This document shows positions 62,360 to 64,000 of a stretch of DNA of 64,000 nucleotides, in pieces. The DNA is taken from the NCBI RefSeq assembly GCF_902652985.1, contig NC_047018.1:28954001-29018000 (forward strand). The letters are read 5' to 3'. The position numbers and the translations under genes are program-made. A model generated the notes under the pieces. It was not told where the DNA came from. It did no database searches and saw nothing but the letters and a program-made list of their open reading frames with translations. The stretch's first letter is position 1; the number at the start of each line of letters is the position of its first letter. The stretch is from Pecten maximus (Eukaryota).

Positions 62360-63600
62360 CTTTTTTTTTAAATTGATTTTTTATTCATTTTCAAAATCAT
62401 TTACACAAGACATACAATACATAAAATCAACACTAAAGACAAGCAATACATCATAAATATTCAGACATGCAATATACATTGTACTTGAACATTAAATTAA
62501 GACATAATCATGGACCAACAGAAACCCACACAGAGAGAAAAAAAAAATAAAAAAAATAACACTTGCAAAAGAGAAAAGTTTTACATTTATGCACAGAAAA
62601 ACCATCAAAAGAAAGCACAGACATAAAATGCACTTAAACGAAAAACAGCACAAAAAAAATACTAACAAAAAATACACTGTGTTATCCTAGATCCACAAGA
62701 TTCTATTTTAGTATACTGAGGAGTTCATACAAAAGACGAATGAAAAAAAATCCATTAGTAAAAGGGAAACAGAATTTATCGTATTACAGTGTTGTTTTAC
62801 GAGGAGATTGTTATAATTCTAACGATTGTAATATTTGTGTGTTTATTTGTTCTTTAGTTTTGTCTTCACTTTTCAAAATAAGCATTTTATGTGCCTTTAG
62901 TTCGAATTTCATATGGTTTTTCAGACTATTCAGATTAAGTTCTAATGCTTAACATTTATTTTTGTTTTATAATCAATAATATCAAGTTATCTAAGTGGAA
63001 ATTCCTGTATTTATTTATGTGTTTACCAAATAAGAATTCCTGTTTATCAAATCTTAAACTGACGTACTTTTGTATAATATTTCTTCTAACGTTTCCTATC
63101 AGATTAGATACATTATCGCAGTCCTATAAAATGTGTGTTATTGTTTCAGGGTGGTTTTTGCCGAGGTTAATATTATTTGATTTTCCTATTTTGAATAAAA
63201 ATGAATTTGAAATTAGTATTCTGTTATTTATTCTGTATTGTAGCCATTGTAGTTTTTAGTTTGTAGTGGTATTGAAGGGAGATACATATATTGTTTTCAT
63301 ATGTTTTCATTTATATTGAATTCTTTTTTCGTTCAGCAGTAGGTCCGAGTTCATTTCTACTAAATATCTTATATATTTTACGGTACTTAAATCTTGGCTT
63401 TGATATGGAATTGGTTGTCTATACTAGGCGTCTGACTTTTGATAAAAATATTTATTTTCATTTCTCTGCCTCCTAATTGAATAATTTGTGCACGTGGCAA
63501 TTCAGACGTTCTATTCCTCTATTGGATCATGTAACGTCTCAACATCGTATTGTTAGATTTGGACTCGTTAATCAGCTCCGAGTACCACAAATCACAAATA
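62360..63600 (-). mobile_element. Degenerate L1/Tx1-like LINE 3' fragment
   Basis: Minus-strand relics LGGREM/KINIFIKS and ILISNSFLFKIGKSNN...KNHPETITHIL*DC resemble the post-RT and zinc-finger region of L1/Tx1 ORF2. A T-rich 3' UTR, AATAAA and A-tail lie near 62360-62386. Many stops. Confidence 0.65.
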
Positions 63601-64000
63601 TGATGTCAACATTATATACTAATGATACATTTAATAAAAAGGAAATATATCAAAGCTTTAAGTATTGGTATTGTTATTGCACTAGACATCGGAATGTTTT
63701 GTTGATCATCATATTAATATTAAAAAAATAACCAAATATAGTTTATTCCACCACCGCCACTTGAGTGTTCACAGACACTCTTTGAAACTACACTATACAA
63801 ACTATCTACCAAAAACTACTTACAAACTACAACCATTCTATCGTATTACTTTGATCCTTTGCTCCATATACATGTATACTAAATATTTCCTACTGTCTGA
63901 CAGCCTGATTCTCCACCGCCCTGTCCTCTCCAAACTCCCTAGACTAAATATTGCTCCCTTTAGAAGAATCCTGCTACATCAAAACGAGACTGCTGAAAAC

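Overview
AT-rich, intron-containing animal DNA, most likely from a bivalve mollusc (inferred from the V-domain SINE and repeat style). There is a 100-N gap at 2851-2950. Six protein-coding genes can be reconstructed by hand: the last two exons of RCHY1/Pirh2 (-), twelve 3' exons of cytosolic acetyl-CoA synthetase ACSS2 (+), a complete six-exon ERICH1-like gene (-), an intronless Mos kinase gene (-), and two complete three-exon tandem paralogs (-). The paralogs encode secreted, probably GPI-anchored, 8-cysteine Ly6/uPAR (three-finger)-like proteins that lack the canonical CCxxDxCN ending; the ORF track shows them only as fragments. The rest is LINE fragments (L2, L1/Tx1, one unassigned), tRNA-derived SINEs, TA-flanked MITEs and about a dozen unrelated minisatellite arrays. 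The most notable observations are: (1) the atypical LU-domain gene pair, with decayed exon copies; (2) a satellite that appears to be an amplified intron/exon junction, placing about 30 decoy splice acceptors ahead of the real exon; (3) a GC-AG donor in one paralog; (4) a His-rich, DLG-type Mos with Pumilio/CPE elements in its 3' flank; and (5) a promoter-like block inside an ACSS2 intron, suggesting RCHY1 is nested antisense. All gene models and family assignments come from reading the sequence and recalling homologs; no searches were run.
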